Of a DNA stretch of 55,940 bases, positions 44,892 through 54,781 are shown piece after piece. How positions within the stretch are numbered: the stretch's first letter is position 1; every line of letters starts with the position of its first letter. Source of the stretch: a virus (taxonomy: Duplodnaviria; Caudoviricetes); the IMG/VR virus record IMGVR_UViG_3300009184_005738, positions 1-55,940 of that record, one strand, 5' to 3'. The notes below the pieces were generated by a model. The model was given only the letters and a program-made list of their open reading frames with translations, was not told the DNA's origin and searched no databases. Both the position numbers and the translations under genes were made by a program.

Positions 44892-44976
44892 TGGTGGACG
44901 CGGTAGGATTCGAACCTACGAACTCTGAGAGGTCGGGTTTACAGCCCGAAGCATTTGGCCGCTTTGCTACACGTCC
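44892..44976 (-). tRNA. tRNA-Tyr(GTA)
   Basis: cloverleaf with variable arm, loop CTGTAAA, encoded CCA. Confidence 0.93.
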
Positions 44977-45614
44977 GAGTTTGTTAAGGTATGAGGTTTT
45001 CTGTTAAATCTAGAAATTCAAGGGCGCTAATAAAAGTTTCTTTATCAACAGCTATTTCTGCAACTGTACTATATGACTTGTTGTCGCCTGTCTCAGTGTA
45101 GTGAGATACAGTTATGCACAAAATATCATTTACTCTGTCAAGACCAATACATTTTGTATCATGCTTGTCTACGTCTTCTATCCACACGGTTGTATGGTTG
45201 TTGTTCATTGACTTAACACTCCTTTTAAAGATGTTTGATTTGGTTAATTTCTTTTTGAAGTTCATTCATCTTGTTCACTAGTGCGACTATAACTTCCATC
45301 GAACAAGGAAAAATTGAAGACTCCTTAGCTTTATCTGGAAGAGTTACATTAAAAGTTCCATCTGGTAGTTGATTAACTACTGGGCTGGCAAATTTATGAG
45401 TACATATGCATCCGTACATTAGTTGCTATCACGCATTTAAGTGCTCTTTCCATAATAGATCATTATTTATGGACAGTAATTGATATGAATCAGCCCCATA
45501 AATCAAGAATCCTTCGCCAATCTTTTCTGCATGTTCTATCGCTGCAGACTCGTCGCCATCTACGCACATGGATATAACAAGGGTGTATTGAGTTTTCATT
45601 AATTGTCCTTTTTG

Positions 45615-45706
45615 TGGCGGAGAGAGTGGGATTTGAACCCACGGATGGTTTAACCCATCACCTCCTTAGCAGGGAGGCACATTCAACCGGACTCTGCCAT
45701 CTCTCC
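45615..45706 (-). tRNA. tRNA-Ser(GCT)
   Basis: long variable arm, loop CTGCTAA, encoded CCA. Confidence 0.94.
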
Positions 45707-46101
45707 TAAACCTTTATTTTTAATTTTATATTAGAATCAGATTTTTTACGGTCTTGCCAAGATTCGATCAGGCCAAACATCTTCGTGACCGCCCATTGCG
45801 AGACTGTGTGGAGATCGACATTCCTGTCGAAGAAGGTGCCAGCATTCTCGGGCCACCACTCCGCATCGTGCTCTACGTTCCCATTATCGTCAGGCCCGTA
45901 AAAAGTCACGACTACGAGGTAAGAGACAACAGATGTTGACCCTTCTACGATTTCGAGCAGGTACCCCATCAAGTAGTCTTGATCAAGAGTAAGGATAACC
46001 GCATTTATATAGGTATCCCCATCGACATCCCAGTAGTCCGGGGCTGGATGCTTGGGCGTCGTTAAGAACGTATCAATAACTTCTGCTCTTGTTGCGGTCA
46101 T
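45706..46101 (-). CDS. hypothetical protein
   Basis: coupled ORF, more GC-rich than its neighbours. Confidence 0.6.
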   Translation of the reverse strand: MTATRAEVIDTFLTTPKHPAPDYWDVDGDTYINAVILTLDQDYLMGYLLEIVEGSTSVVSYLVVVTFYGPDDNGNVEHDAEWWPENAGTFFDRNVDLHTVSQWAVTKMFGLIESWQDRKKSDSNIKLKIKV

Positions 46102-46439
46102 AGTTGCGCCTTTGCTAGTTCACACGAAGAAACTACTGTAGACAAGATTTCATCTATTTTGCTTGCGCTCATCAAAGCGCCGGGATTAGTAAGAGTTGAT
46201 ACTACCCACCTTGGAAGAGCTACCTGAATGCTATCTTCGTTAGGTATGGGCGTAATTTTCTTTGCTAAATGTCCTAAACGATCTAATAAATACTTATTGT
46301 CTAAATCTTTAATTCTAATCCTACGATTAAGATCCTCTAGTTCATCAGCAGCTGCATACATCAATGCTCTGTAGCATTCATCTGGTTTACTATCAATTAC
46401 CCCATCTGCTTCGTCCCGAAGTTCCTTAATCAGATCCAT
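46098..46439 (-). CDS. hypothetical protein (AADEIE-type module)
   Basis: DLIKELR...AAADELEDL. Confidence 0.6.
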   Translation of the reverse strand: MDLIKELRDEADGVIDSKPDECYRALMYAAADELEDLNRRIRIKDLDNKYLLDRLGHLAKKITPIPNEDSIQVALPRWVVSTLTNPGALMSASKIDEILSTVVSSCELAKAQL

Positions 46440-46668
46440 TGATAAGACTCCAAGTTTTTATACATGCTTGATGAATAGTCCTTAAATCTTCTTCAACCAA
46501 TTCAAAAGACTGATTGACTTCACGCTCTATAAGATCTTTAGGAAGATAAACAGCTATTAAATACTCTTCGTTTTCGGTATCCTCATTTGATTTAGCTGCT
46601 TTTAATTCCGCTTCACGGGCCATTAGCGCACCGATACTAGCAACCGACTGTGAACCATAACTACCCAT
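46426..46668 (-). CDS. hypothetical protein
   Basis: coupled ORF. Confidence 0.55.
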   Translation of the reverse strand: MGSYGSQSVASIGALMAREAELKAAKSNEDTENEEYLIAVYLPKDLIEREVNQSFELVEEDLRTIHQACIKTWSLINGSD

Positions 46669-46673
46669 TTATA

Positions 46674-47027
46674 TCAATCGCCTTCTTTAATCATTTTTTG
46701 ATATTCTACAATTTTCAATTGAAGCTGTTCAATTTCATCTGCAGCTTGATGATGGAGCCAGCAATCTGTATGGCCATGATCCTCTTTAGGATTATCTCCG
46801 GTATGAGGAAGCCCCGATGGACAGGCTCGTTCCCTCAACATTTCAACAAGGGTGAACGGAGAATTATACCGATCAACTTTAGTCGAAGATTGCTTTAACT
46901 GCCTTACTTCCGACTCTAGTGCCTCAATGCGGTCGGCACCGGTCAGCAATAACAATTGATAACGATATTCGGGTTCTCGACCATAAACGCCGGTTGCTTC
47001 ATTGCGAAGTTCTAATGCTACGTTCAT
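46674..47027 (-). CDS. hypothetical protein (two AADEIE-type modules)
   Basis: GADRIEAL and QAADEIEQL. Confidence 0.6.
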   Translation of the reverse strand: MNVALELRNEATGVYGREPEYRYQLLLLTGADRIEALESEVRQLKQSSTKVDRYNSPFTLVEMLRERACPSGLPHTGDNPKEDHGHTDCWLHHQAADEIEQLQLKIVEYQKMIKEGD

Positions 47028-47173
47028 CGCCCGACCGCCCTACGAAGTGCGAGCCATGCTGCGTGGTACGGCCCGTCAATATTTTCAGGGTCATCATCTG
47101 CATCGACCCATGAGGTGATTAGCGCGCGCAAGCTATGCAGCTCAGCTTTTAAGAATTCTATTTCATCAGCCAT
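47024..47173 (-). CDS. small hypothetical protein (not in ORF track)
   Basis: MADEIEFLKAELHSLRALITSW..., 49 aa, overlaps both neighbours. Confidence 0.55.
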   Translation of the reverse strand: MADEIEFLKAELHSLRALITSWVDADDDPENIDGPYHAAWLALRRAVGR

Positions 47174-47639
47174 TGAGCCTATCACTGTTTTCCTTTTTAT
47201 CTATGGAATTTTTAAGTGCTTTCCAAGCATTTTTCATGCGAAAACTTAATTCATTCTTGGCATCAAGGTTATGCCAGCTTGCAGCTCGATCCCGCGCTTC
47301 CCTACTTTCAACTGCTTCTTGAATGATTAGACGAAGATGTTCTATTTCTTTTGCCGCTTCTAGAAACAGGCCACCAGATAACATTGTTACAACAATGGCA
47401 TCAGAATCAGCTGCTTCAGCAAAGAAAAGTAGCTCTTCAACTATATCTAATTCTCTTGATGAATCAGTTGAATTTTGATTTAATTCTTTATTCAAGTTTT
47501 CTGAGTTTTTAAAAACCGCAGAATATGAATTAGATAATTGTTTTTTAAGGTTCTCAATTTCTTCAGCCGCTTCAGAAAAAAGAGTGTCTCCGGTGTGCAT
47601 GGACCAAGACCACAAACGACTTGCTAAATCTTTTTTCAT
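47166..47639 (-). CDS. hypothetical protein (two AADEIE-type modules)
   Basis: EAAEEIENL and DIVEEL...EAAKEIEHL. Confidence 0.6.
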   Translation of the reverse strand: MKKDLASRLWSWSMHTGDTLFSEAAEEIENLKKQLSNSYSAVFKNSENLNKELNQNSTDSSRELDIVEELLFFAEAADSDAIVVTMLSGGLFLEAAKEIEHLRLIIQEAVESREARDRAASWHNLDAKNELSFRMKNAWKALKNSIDKKENSDRLNG

Positions 47640-47878
47640 TATAAAACTTCATACCATTGAACTTGATTAGGGTTTGCTTGTTGTATATGAAGATCCTTGG
47701 GAGGATGCAATTTACTTACTTCCAAGGTCTCATTAGGGCAGTTCCATCCATTGAATCTTGTATAAGATCCATGTTTAGCCACATTGAATTCTTCTTCGCA
47801 ACAAACTAGCCAAGGCAGATTGTTGTCAGACCAACCATCTTGATGGTGGACTACATCTACTTCGATTTCTGTTTCCAT
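47639..47878 (-). CDS. hypothetical protein
   Basis: coupled ORF. Confidence 0.55.
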   Translation of the reverse strand: METEIEVDVVHHQDGWSDNNLPWLVCCEEEFNVAKHGSYTRFNGWNCPNETLEVSKLHPPKDLHIQQANPNQVQWYEVL

Positions 47879-47880
47879 TG

Positions 47881-48033
47881 TTAACCTTCCAAAGCGTTAT
47901 TCATAGCTTCATCAAAAATTTCACCACTGTACCATTCGCCTTCGGGGTTACTCATAGCCTGAGCTACAACCCGTGGCAACACTATTGTTACTAAATCGTT
48001 TAATTCTTCTTCTGTAGGATTCTCTGCTGACAT
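47881..48033 (-). CDS. hypothetical protein
   Basis: AAGGAG RBS before MSAENP; the longer ORF overlaps a tRNA. Confidence 0.5.
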   Translation of the reverse strand: MSAENPTEEELNDLVTIVLPRVVAQAMSNPEGEWYSGEIFDEAMNNALEG

Positions 48034-48047
48034 ATTATTCTCCTTAG

Positions 48048-48121
48048 TCCGCCAGGGTGGAATTGAACCACCGACCGCATGTATATAAGACATGTGCTCG
48101 AACCGACTGAGCTACTGGCGG
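48048..48121 (-). tRNA. tRNA-Ile(TAT)
   Basis: CCGCCAG/CTGGCGG acceptor, CATGT-CTTATAT-ACATG anticodon arm, TTCAATT T loop. Confidence 0.88.
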
Positions 48122-48182
48122 TAATTGTGGGATCAATAAAGTTGTAAATGGGGCAGTTTGATGACATACCCCAGGTCGTAGT

Positions 48183-50774
48183 TCATATCCCACCCATTTT
48201 TGCCAGTGAACCGGCAGCCTTCTCGACATAGGTTACGCCGTATGGCAGGGGGAATCTTTTACTAAGTTCATCTATAGTTGCGTCAGGGTATTGCTTTTTG
48301 AAAGATTCTCTTTGTTCGTACGTTTGTTGACGTTTTAATTCGTATTCCCTATTTGCTTGCATGTGCTCTTCAGATAGGAATCCGCCAATTTTATGTACTG
48401 TTGGTCCAGAAGAAACTATTTCAACTGGTGTTTCCGCAACTGTAGACGTTGTACCACCAGACAAGTCATTCAAAGTAATGACACTGCTCTGGGTGTTAAG
48501 CCTCCAATTAGGACAAAGGTTTGCGTAGAGCATTTGCTTTTGCCTCATAGAGTCATTATCCATGACTAAAGCATTGCCAATTCCACCTGTTGCTCTTGCA
48601 TTATAGCCAACTCGACTCATATGGTTTTTATACAAAGCGTGGCCACATTCGCAGGTTGGTGATAACCAGTTAACTATTTCAACTTGATCATAATTTCTAT
48701 CACAGTTAACGCAACGCCAAGCGTCTGTTGCATCAATCTGGTCTGGTTCACCTTGATCCTCGAAGATTACCATTTCCTCGTCAAACGCTGGCATGTGTGT
48801 TTTATCTGACCCACGGCGCTTTCCGTAATAGCCTCTAGACAGCTGATAGCCGTAAAGTTGTTGACGCACAGATACGTTTCTGCTAACTTCGCCGGCCATA
48901 CCAAGTGCGACTTCATCGTCAAGTCTATTTACAAATTCTTCTGTACTAGTTACGGGATTACCTGACTCGTCATACATTCCGCCAATTGCCGGTATGTTAG
49001 TGGTATACATTTCTTCAGGCCAGATAACACTTGATTCCACCACGCCACCAAGTTCTTCCCTATATCTTGGGTGAGAAGTCAAAGTTGCCAACATTTCTTC
49101 TTGCAACCTTTGTGGAGTTTGTGCATGTTGTCGCTTACCTACCCGCAACTCTTCTTCCACTATAGCTGTATTATATGGGCCAAGGTCAAAATCAATATCG
49201 GTTCTTTCTGAACCAAAAGAATCCATAAAGACTTTGCGCAAATCAAGCCCAACAGGGCTAGAGCATCTTGGCTTAGATGGTTCTTCCGTAGAAGTCCTCA
49301 ACCAACTTGGCCGAACTTTAACTGGGCTAGTAAAGTGTAGCATGCTCGTAACTTGATGATACTGTTTAGTTATACTCGTTGCAGCACTATTTCCATACTT
49401 AGCTTTTGCTACTCTGATTAATTCTGGAAGATAGATTCGAAAAACTGTAGCATTAGCTGCATTATCTGAGTATGCTTCCGGCAAATTCCCATTACCATCA
49501 ACTGCTATATAATCACCAAATCGTTTCTCTACATGCATTATACCATGAGCTGGGAATACATATTCAGTTCTTGTCTGATGCCCTTTGGTAAATTCTATTG
49601 AGCCTTGAACTATGTTTTGACGCGGCGCTTTAGAATGGTAGTAGCATGGTTGGTTCTTCCCAACGCTGCACCTTGGGCATTCGCTGTTCACTAGATCACC
49701 CCATATAGGGTTTTCTATTGCTATTTTATCTGGAAGTTGTGGCCATTTGCGTTTAACTACTTTGAGATTGTCAGGTAGATTAAACTGTTTATGAAATGGA
49801 TACATAATTTCTGCTACACCACGACGGACATCAGTATAGTCGTGGTCGTGATTATATCCTATTTCTGTATCATCGTTGATGTAAACACGAGCATCGTAAG
49901 CGGCAATGATAGCTACCGTATTATTGGTCTCAAAGCGCACTTTATATTTAAGTTGTCCTTGATGATAATCTTTACGTAGAATTTGCACAGTAAACGACAA
50001 TACGCGCCCATTACCTTGGGTTTGTTTTTTCCACAGGGCAAGTCCAAGCGACTGCCACGTAGGTATATCAAGCGCTTCTGATTCTTTCAGCGCAATTTCT
50101 TTTTCCCATGGTGTCAGTGCAGCGTTATCATTCAGCTCTAAGTAGTTGAATTGCCATTGATCTCCCGCATAATCAAGGTAGTAGCAGTTAGCACAACTAG
50201 GAGATTCTACACGCTTACCCTTTGGAGAGAAGTCACAGTAAAGTCTATTACCATTCTTTTCTATTCCCTCTACGGGCAGAGAACAAGATCCGCCTACTGC
50301 GACTTTCCACTTCCTTACAGGGGAACCATCAGAAGAAAAAGGTTCAAGTACTAACTTACCATTTTTCTCTACAGGTTTAAAAAGTATTTCAGAATCCACC
50401 TTACCAGGCGGAGCTACATCAACTTCTATAGGTAGGAAATGGTCACACGATAGGCATTGGCGCCTTACATCATGGCCACAAGTTTCTACAAATGCTCTTG
50501 TTTTGTATTGCGATTCTTGATCTATCGCAACTACTCGATTATTATGGTCAGTAGTATTTAGTACCTTTACTTCATCCCAGATTTTACTGGGGGAGCATGC
50601 ATAGTCTGATGCTTCAAAGTCATTAGATGACTTAGCTTTTACTATTTCTACTTTGTTGTGAGCCCAAAACTTATCACTAGTTTTAGTACAGGTACGACAC
50701 ACTAGTTCTTGTGGGCGGGATGAATACTGTTCACATAAAGAAATTTCTTCAATGAAAATTGCTTGCTGCTTCAT
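48183..50774 (-). CDS. large Cys-rich hypothetical protein (about 860 aa)
   Basis: long ORF with dispersed CxxC motifs; MKQQ start preferred. Confidence 0.75.
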   Translation of the reverse strand: MKQQAIFIEEISLCEQYSSRPQELVCRTCTKTSDKFWAHNKVEIVKAKSSNDFEASDYACSPSKIWDEVKVLNTTDHNNRVVAIDQESQYKTRAFVETCGHDVRRQCLSCDHFLPIEVDVAPPGKVDSEILFKPVEKNGKLVLEPFSSDGSPVRKWKVAVGGSCSLPVEGIEKNGNRLYCDFSPKGKRVESPSCANCYYLDYAGDQWQFNYLELNDNAALTPWEKEIALKESEALDIPTWQSLGLALWKKQTQGNGRVLSFTVQILRKDYHQGQLKYKVRFETNNTVAIIAAYDARVYINDDTEIGYNHDHDYTDVRRGVAEIMYPFHKQFNLPDNLKVVKRKWPQLPDKIAIENPIWGDLVNSECPRCSVGKNQPCYYHSKAPRQNIVQGSIEFTKGHQTRTEYVFPAHGIMHVEKRFGDYIAVDGNGNLPEAYSDNAANATVFRIYLPELIRVAKAKYGNSAATSITKQYHQVTSMLHFTSPVKVRPSWLRTSTEEPSKPRCSSPVGLDLRKVFMDSFGSERTDIDFDLGPYNTAIVEEELRVGKRQHAQTPQRLQEEMLATLTSHPRYREELGGVVESSVIWPEEMYTTNIPAIGGMYDESGNPVTSTEEFVNRLDDEVALGMAGEVSRNVSVRQQLYGYQLSRGYYGKRRGSDKTHMPAFDEEMVIFEDQGEPDQIDATDAWRCVNCDRNYDQVEIVNWLSPTCECGHALYKNHMSRVGYNARATGGIGNALVMDNDSMRQKQMLYANLCPNWRLNTQSSVITLNDLSGGTTSTVAETPVEIVSSGPTVHKIGGFLSEEHMQANREYELKRQQTYEQRESFKKQYPDATIDELSKRFPLPYGVTYVEKAAGSLAKMGGI

Positions 50775-51186
50775 TGATTGTCTCGCTTTCGATTGAGCGT
50801 TTATATAAAGAAAGCATTTCAATTGTTTCTGCCAAAAACAAAGACCTAGCATCATCAGGCAAAGCCCGAGCAGATGCCAATATTAATTCTGCAGGTCGTT
50901 CCTTTAGTGTTGCTGCCACTACAAGAACATTCATTCTTATTATTTCACTCAGCTCTGACACTAAAGCGTCTGCGTCGCCTAAGGTATTTCTGAGTTGTGT
51001 CGCTGCAGTATAAGCTTCTATTAAAAACTCATCTGTTGTTAATGATTTTACTTTATCTTTTGCATTTTGAATTGAGTTAGCATTTTGATTAGTGATTTCC
51101 CCAGATGATATTGAAGCATAGTTTGATTCTATTTCGTAAACATCTTCTAACTCTTCCGACTCAAACACATCAGCATTATCTATCAA
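50749..51186 (-). CDS. hypothetical protein
   Basis: GGGAG RBS, TTG start. Confidence 0.6.
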   Translation of the reverse strand: MIDNADVFESEELEDVYEIESNYASISSGEITNQNANSIQNAKDKVKSLTTDEFLIEAYTAATQLRNTLGDADALVSELSEIIRMNVLVVAATLKERPAELILASARALPDDARSLFLAETIEMLSLYKRSIESETINEAASNFH

Positions 51187-51198
51187 GAACTACTCCCT

Positions 51199-51468
51199 TT
51201 ATGAGTGCCAATAGAACCTTACATTACCTTTGCTTCTAAACTTGGTTTGTATAGCTCCAGAAGATATTGGAACACCACCCGAGAGCACTTTTCCGCCCCA
51301 TACTCCATTATTTGTGCACGACGATTGACCCTCTTTAAGGCAATCTTCTTGGATACTGCAATGTTTGCATATTTCAGCTGCTCTGACTAGATCCCTAACT
51401 TTGCTAGAGAAAAAGTAGTCTTTTTTATCTTGAGGTAAAGATTTACAAGTTGCTTTTGAATAATCCAT
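51199..51468 (-). CDS. whiB: second WhiB-family protein
   Basis: ATC...YFF....AAEICKHCSIQEDCL...GVWGG. Confidence 0.85.
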   Translation of the reverse strand: MDYSKATCKSLPQDKKDYFFSSKVRDLVRAAEICKHCSIQEDCLKEGQSSCTNNGVWGGKVLSGGVPISSGAIQTKFRSKGNVRFYWHS

Positions 51469-51711
51469 CTTAACCTTTTCTTTTAATTGAGTAGATTTCC
51501 ATTAGTTCGGGTACAGCAACCGAAAAGGAGTATAGAAACGGTTGCTGTACCCGAACACTGGGCCTAACCTTAGCGGGGGGACTAAGATCAGGCATCTGAG
51601 ATTTGTCTACAACGAAACTATGGCTCTCACTGGAGTCCTTAATAGCCCAGATGAACTGTGCTGTAGGTTCAACAACCAAGATAAGGGTGACTTGGCACTC
51701 AGATTTTCTAG

Positions 51712-52029
51712 TTATGATATGGACTTTCGTATCTGTTTTACTTTTGATTTAGAAAGTTTTTGATATTTATAAAATGTAACTACAATATCACATTTGTCCG
51801 ATAGCACGAAGACATTGTCTTCATTGCGAAAATGTTTGCGATTGTGAGAACCTTTTGATAGTGGATTTTGAAAGCACATAGCGAATAATTCATTTCTTAT
51901 CCTACCTTCTACGTTAAGGTAGTCTGACTTAGTTATTGCTGACTTTACTTTCAGATCATTTCTTTCAAGATATCTTGTTTTTGCGTGGTGTGATATTTTT
52001 ACTTCATAAGGATTAAACTTAGCATTCAT
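51712..52029 (-). CDS. HAxxR-motif protein (RelE/DUF4258-like fold candidate)
   Basis: ISHHAKTRYLER...IVVTFY. Confidence 0.45.
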   Translation of the reverse strand: MNAKFNPYEVKISHHAKTRYLERNDLKVKSAITKSDYLNVEGRIRNELFAMCFQNPLSKGSHNRKHFRNEDNVFVLSDKCDIVVTFYKYQKLSKSKVKQIRKSIS

Positions 52030-52033
52030 AATG

Positions 52034-52240
52034 TCAGTTTTCACACCAGTTATTGCTAATAACATTTATAGATTTCAGCATTAAACGCGCATACCATATA
52101 TCGTTGCAGCACTCTGCGCATAAATCTTGTGATTCTTCTATATCATACAAGCTGGCAATATCACTCTTACACACGTCACAGTTTGCTCGATAACTAGGGT
52201 GGAAATCTATAAAACCATCAAAGATTCTTGCGGAAAACAT
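52034..52240 (-). CDS. small zinc-finger protein
   Basis: CDVC...LCAEC. Confidence 0.5.
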   Translation of the reverse strand: MFSARIFDGFIDFHPSYRANCDVCKSDIASLYDIEESQDLCAECCNDIWYARLMLKSINVISNNWCEN

Positions 52241-52523
52241 TTTTATTCCATTCTCCTAAAGTTGGAACATGTACGAGATCGCTTGGTTCATCCCAATAGC
52301 AATCTCTAACTATGCCACTAGTAACGAACCTAAGGTTTTCAATTTCATCAAATGGGATTACCCACAAAGAACCAAACTCATCTATTTCCCTAATTGATAC
52401 TTCTGAATCAGAGAGGTTAACAGAAGCTATACCTGTAATCTGTGCGTCAGAATTTTTCACAAGTGCAGAAACTTTACTATTATCAAATCTTTCTATAGGA
52501 ATATTCCTAGTGAAAGTAACCAT
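52218..52523 (-). CDS. hypothetical protein
   Basis: AGGAG RBS before MVTFTR. Confidence 0.55.
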   Translation of the reverse strand: MVTFTRNIPIERFDNSKVSALVKNSDAQITGIASVNLSDSEVSIREIDEFGSLWVIPFDEIENLRFVTSGIVRDCYWDEPSDLVHVPTLGEWNKNVFRKNL

Positions 52524-52787
52524 TTTTACTCCTTTGTAGAAACGATAATTGACTAAAACCTGTGATCTAAGCAGGCCATAGAAAAAATTCTTAGGCCTTT
52601 GGATCACCTTGGGCATTCGTAAAATAGATGCATTCTGGTAGATGCACGAATACCAAGAAAGAATATAACTCCATTGAAACCCCCAATGTCGTGGTGAATG
52701 ATACTGTATGTGATACTCCAGCTTCTCTGGGCCAGAAGGAAACGCTCTATCCTTCCGACCCAGATCAGCTTTGGAGTATCATTCACG

Positions 52788-53423
52788 CTAGGGAATGTCG
52801 AGTGCGACGGCAGCTTCGAACCCTTCCATTTCCCTCTCTTTTCTTAAAGCCGCAATTTCAAACATCGCAGCCCAAGAATCAATCATTCCATTATTGTCCA
52901 ATTCAGTGCTGTCAATGATTTCATCTAGTTCATCTTTACTTAAGAATGTAAGTTTATGGTTATCTAAAAGTATTTGCAGTAACGTTATGTCTACTTTTGA
53001 TCTATGTGAAGCGGCTATTCTATCCGCAAGGTAAAGGGGACCTTCACGGTCTTCGTAGCGCCAGACTATTTCAGGAAAATTGTCAGTAAGCCAATTTATA
53101 TGGTAGATTACTTCGTCTTCGGTGAGTTCATCATTATCTTTTGTATGATTTGGAAAAATGTTTGAAACAAAATTACTTATTTGAACTCTTTGGCCGGCAA
53201 CTTCGTTCTGAGCTTGCTTCTTAATGTCGCGATAACTACAGAGATCACATTTGCAATCTGATTCATGTTCTGGTTCGCCAGTTATTTTCCCGATAATTGC
53301 TGCAAGTAAAACTTTAGGTGATACCATCATGCCGGCACCGGCAACTCGGGGAGTTAAGATTGGCACAGTGGTTATAAAGCAATCTGATTTAAATTGTTTA
53401 AGATTATTTAGATACCTGCCCAT
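52788..53423 (-). CDS. hypothetical protein
   Basis: 211-aa ORF with H.SDC.C..C. Confidence 0.6.
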   Translation of the reverse strand: MGRYLNNLKQFKSDCFITTVPILTPRVAGAGMMVSPKVLLAAIIGKITGEPEHESDCKCDLCSYRDIKKQAQNEVAGQRVQISNFVSNIFPNHTKDNDELTEDEVIYHINWLTDNFPEIVWRYEDREGPLYLADRIAASHRSKVDITLLQILLDNHKLTFLSKDELDEIIDSTELDNNGMIDSWAAMFEIAALRKEREMEGFEAAVALDIP

Positions 53424-53803
53424 GCGTGATCCTTTTCATTTAGCGGATCAGCAATGTAGCCTTTAATTAGTTGACCAAGACCACTTACAAAATCTTCATC
53501 AAAGAAGTCAGTTTTGTTAGAACCCCAGTCGTGGATTACTAAATCGAAACGTTCGTCTTGATATGCGTAATATTCTTGATTAACTGGTCTTGGTCGTTCA
53601 ATGTTTGATGATTTTGTTTTATTGTTGCTTGATTTTTCTTCTTTATCAAACAGGGAACTGAGGATTGCTAACGGACCAACTTGCATAAGATCTCCACCAG
53701 ACCCTGCACCAAAGATGGGTGCTACAGAAAGATAGGTGGATTTGCGCCAATTCTCAAACCTAACAAATGGATTACCCAATTGGATTATCTGCTGTTGGGT
53801 CAA
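53408..53803 (-). CDS. hypothetical protein
   Basis: ORF track. Confidence 0.5.
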   Translation of the reverse strand: MTQQQIIQLGNPFVRFENWRKSTYLSVAPIFGAGSGGDLMQVGPLAILSSLFDKEEKSSNNKTKSSNIERPRPVNQEYYAYQDERFDLVIHDWGSNKTDFFDEDFVSGLGQLIKGYIADPLNEKDHAWAGI

Positions 53804-54081
53804 TCATCGGCGGCATATGCATAGTGTATGTGGGCTGCAGCATTGGCGCATACTGTGGCTGTGAATACGTTGTTGGTTGATGATATGCGTACGGTGATGA
53901 ACGTTGCTTAAACAAATCGTCTACAGGCTTACAAACACTGCGCGCACAATCGCATGCAGTGACCGCCCCTTTCTTCAAAGCATTCGAGCTGAGTTGCATC
54001 GCCCTGATTGAAGTAGACATATTGTTAAGCGAGGCCATAGGCCCGATAATGCCAGGGAGTCCAGTCGTAATAAAGAATGTC

Positions 54082-54594
54082 TCAGACTGGAACTGTTGCA
54101 GTTGCAAACGCAGAGAAATCAGTAGCTTCTTTGGATTCATTCTTGTGCCTCCTGAAACGACGCCCATCAGCGCCAAAAGTACCGGACCATACCTGGAAAA
54201 GCAGCATCCACATTGACGCCCACGCCATTGGCGTGAAACGCATTGCGATAGCAGCTAGCATCATGACAACAGCAATGATAGACCCAACCACTGGTCCCGC
54301 CAAGGCGACCGACTGAAGATGGGTTGGATCTTTACCTTTTACTGTGGTACCACCTAGCACCCCATATATCAATGGGATGAAGAATGGCAGCAAAGGCATT
54401 TGCCCTGTTGTTGCAGCAGCAAAATAATGTCCAAACTCATGTGCTGCAACAATAATCATGATAAGCATGCCTAGCCAAAGTGGCAACATGGCATATAGTA
54501 CAGCAGCGGTTGCAGCAGCACTACCGACACAATAGGTAGCTTGCCAAGCAGCTCGCTTTACTTTCTTAGCATTAATCTTTTTAAACCAACTCAT
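54082..54594 (-). CDS. site-2 (M50) intramembrane metalloprotease, minimal
   Basis: TM helices, HEFGH, PFFIP..GG.T, ALAGP, GADG. Confidence 0.82.
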   Translation of the reverse strand: MSWFKKINAKKVKRAAWQATYCVGSAAATAAVLYAMLPLWLGMLIMIIVAAHEFGHYFAAATTGQMPLLPFFIPLIYGVLGGTTVKGKDPTHLQSVALAGPVVGSIIAVVMMLAAIAMRFTPMAWASMWMLLFQVWSGTFGADGRRFRRHKNESKEATDFSAFATATVPV

Positions 54595-54781
54595 ATGCCA
54601 ACCCCATTTCCGTAGCAACAGAACGGCTACGGCGGTTGACACTAGCAAGCCATTTCTCAGCGAAAGGGCTAACTACAGCATCGAAAGTTTGCTTGAACAA
54701 CCAGCCCAAGAAACTAAGTACGAACCACTTCAACATGCCTTTAAGCATGAACGACGCAACCCTCATTGCGCTACCCTCCAA
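54581..54781 (-). CDS. small membrane protein
   Basis: hydrophobic helix; lies between the two S2P genes and overlaps both. Confidence 0.5.
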   Translation of the reverse strand: MEGSAMRVASFMLKGMLKWFVLSFLGWLFKQTFDAVVSPFAEKWLASVNRRSRSVATEMGLAYELV

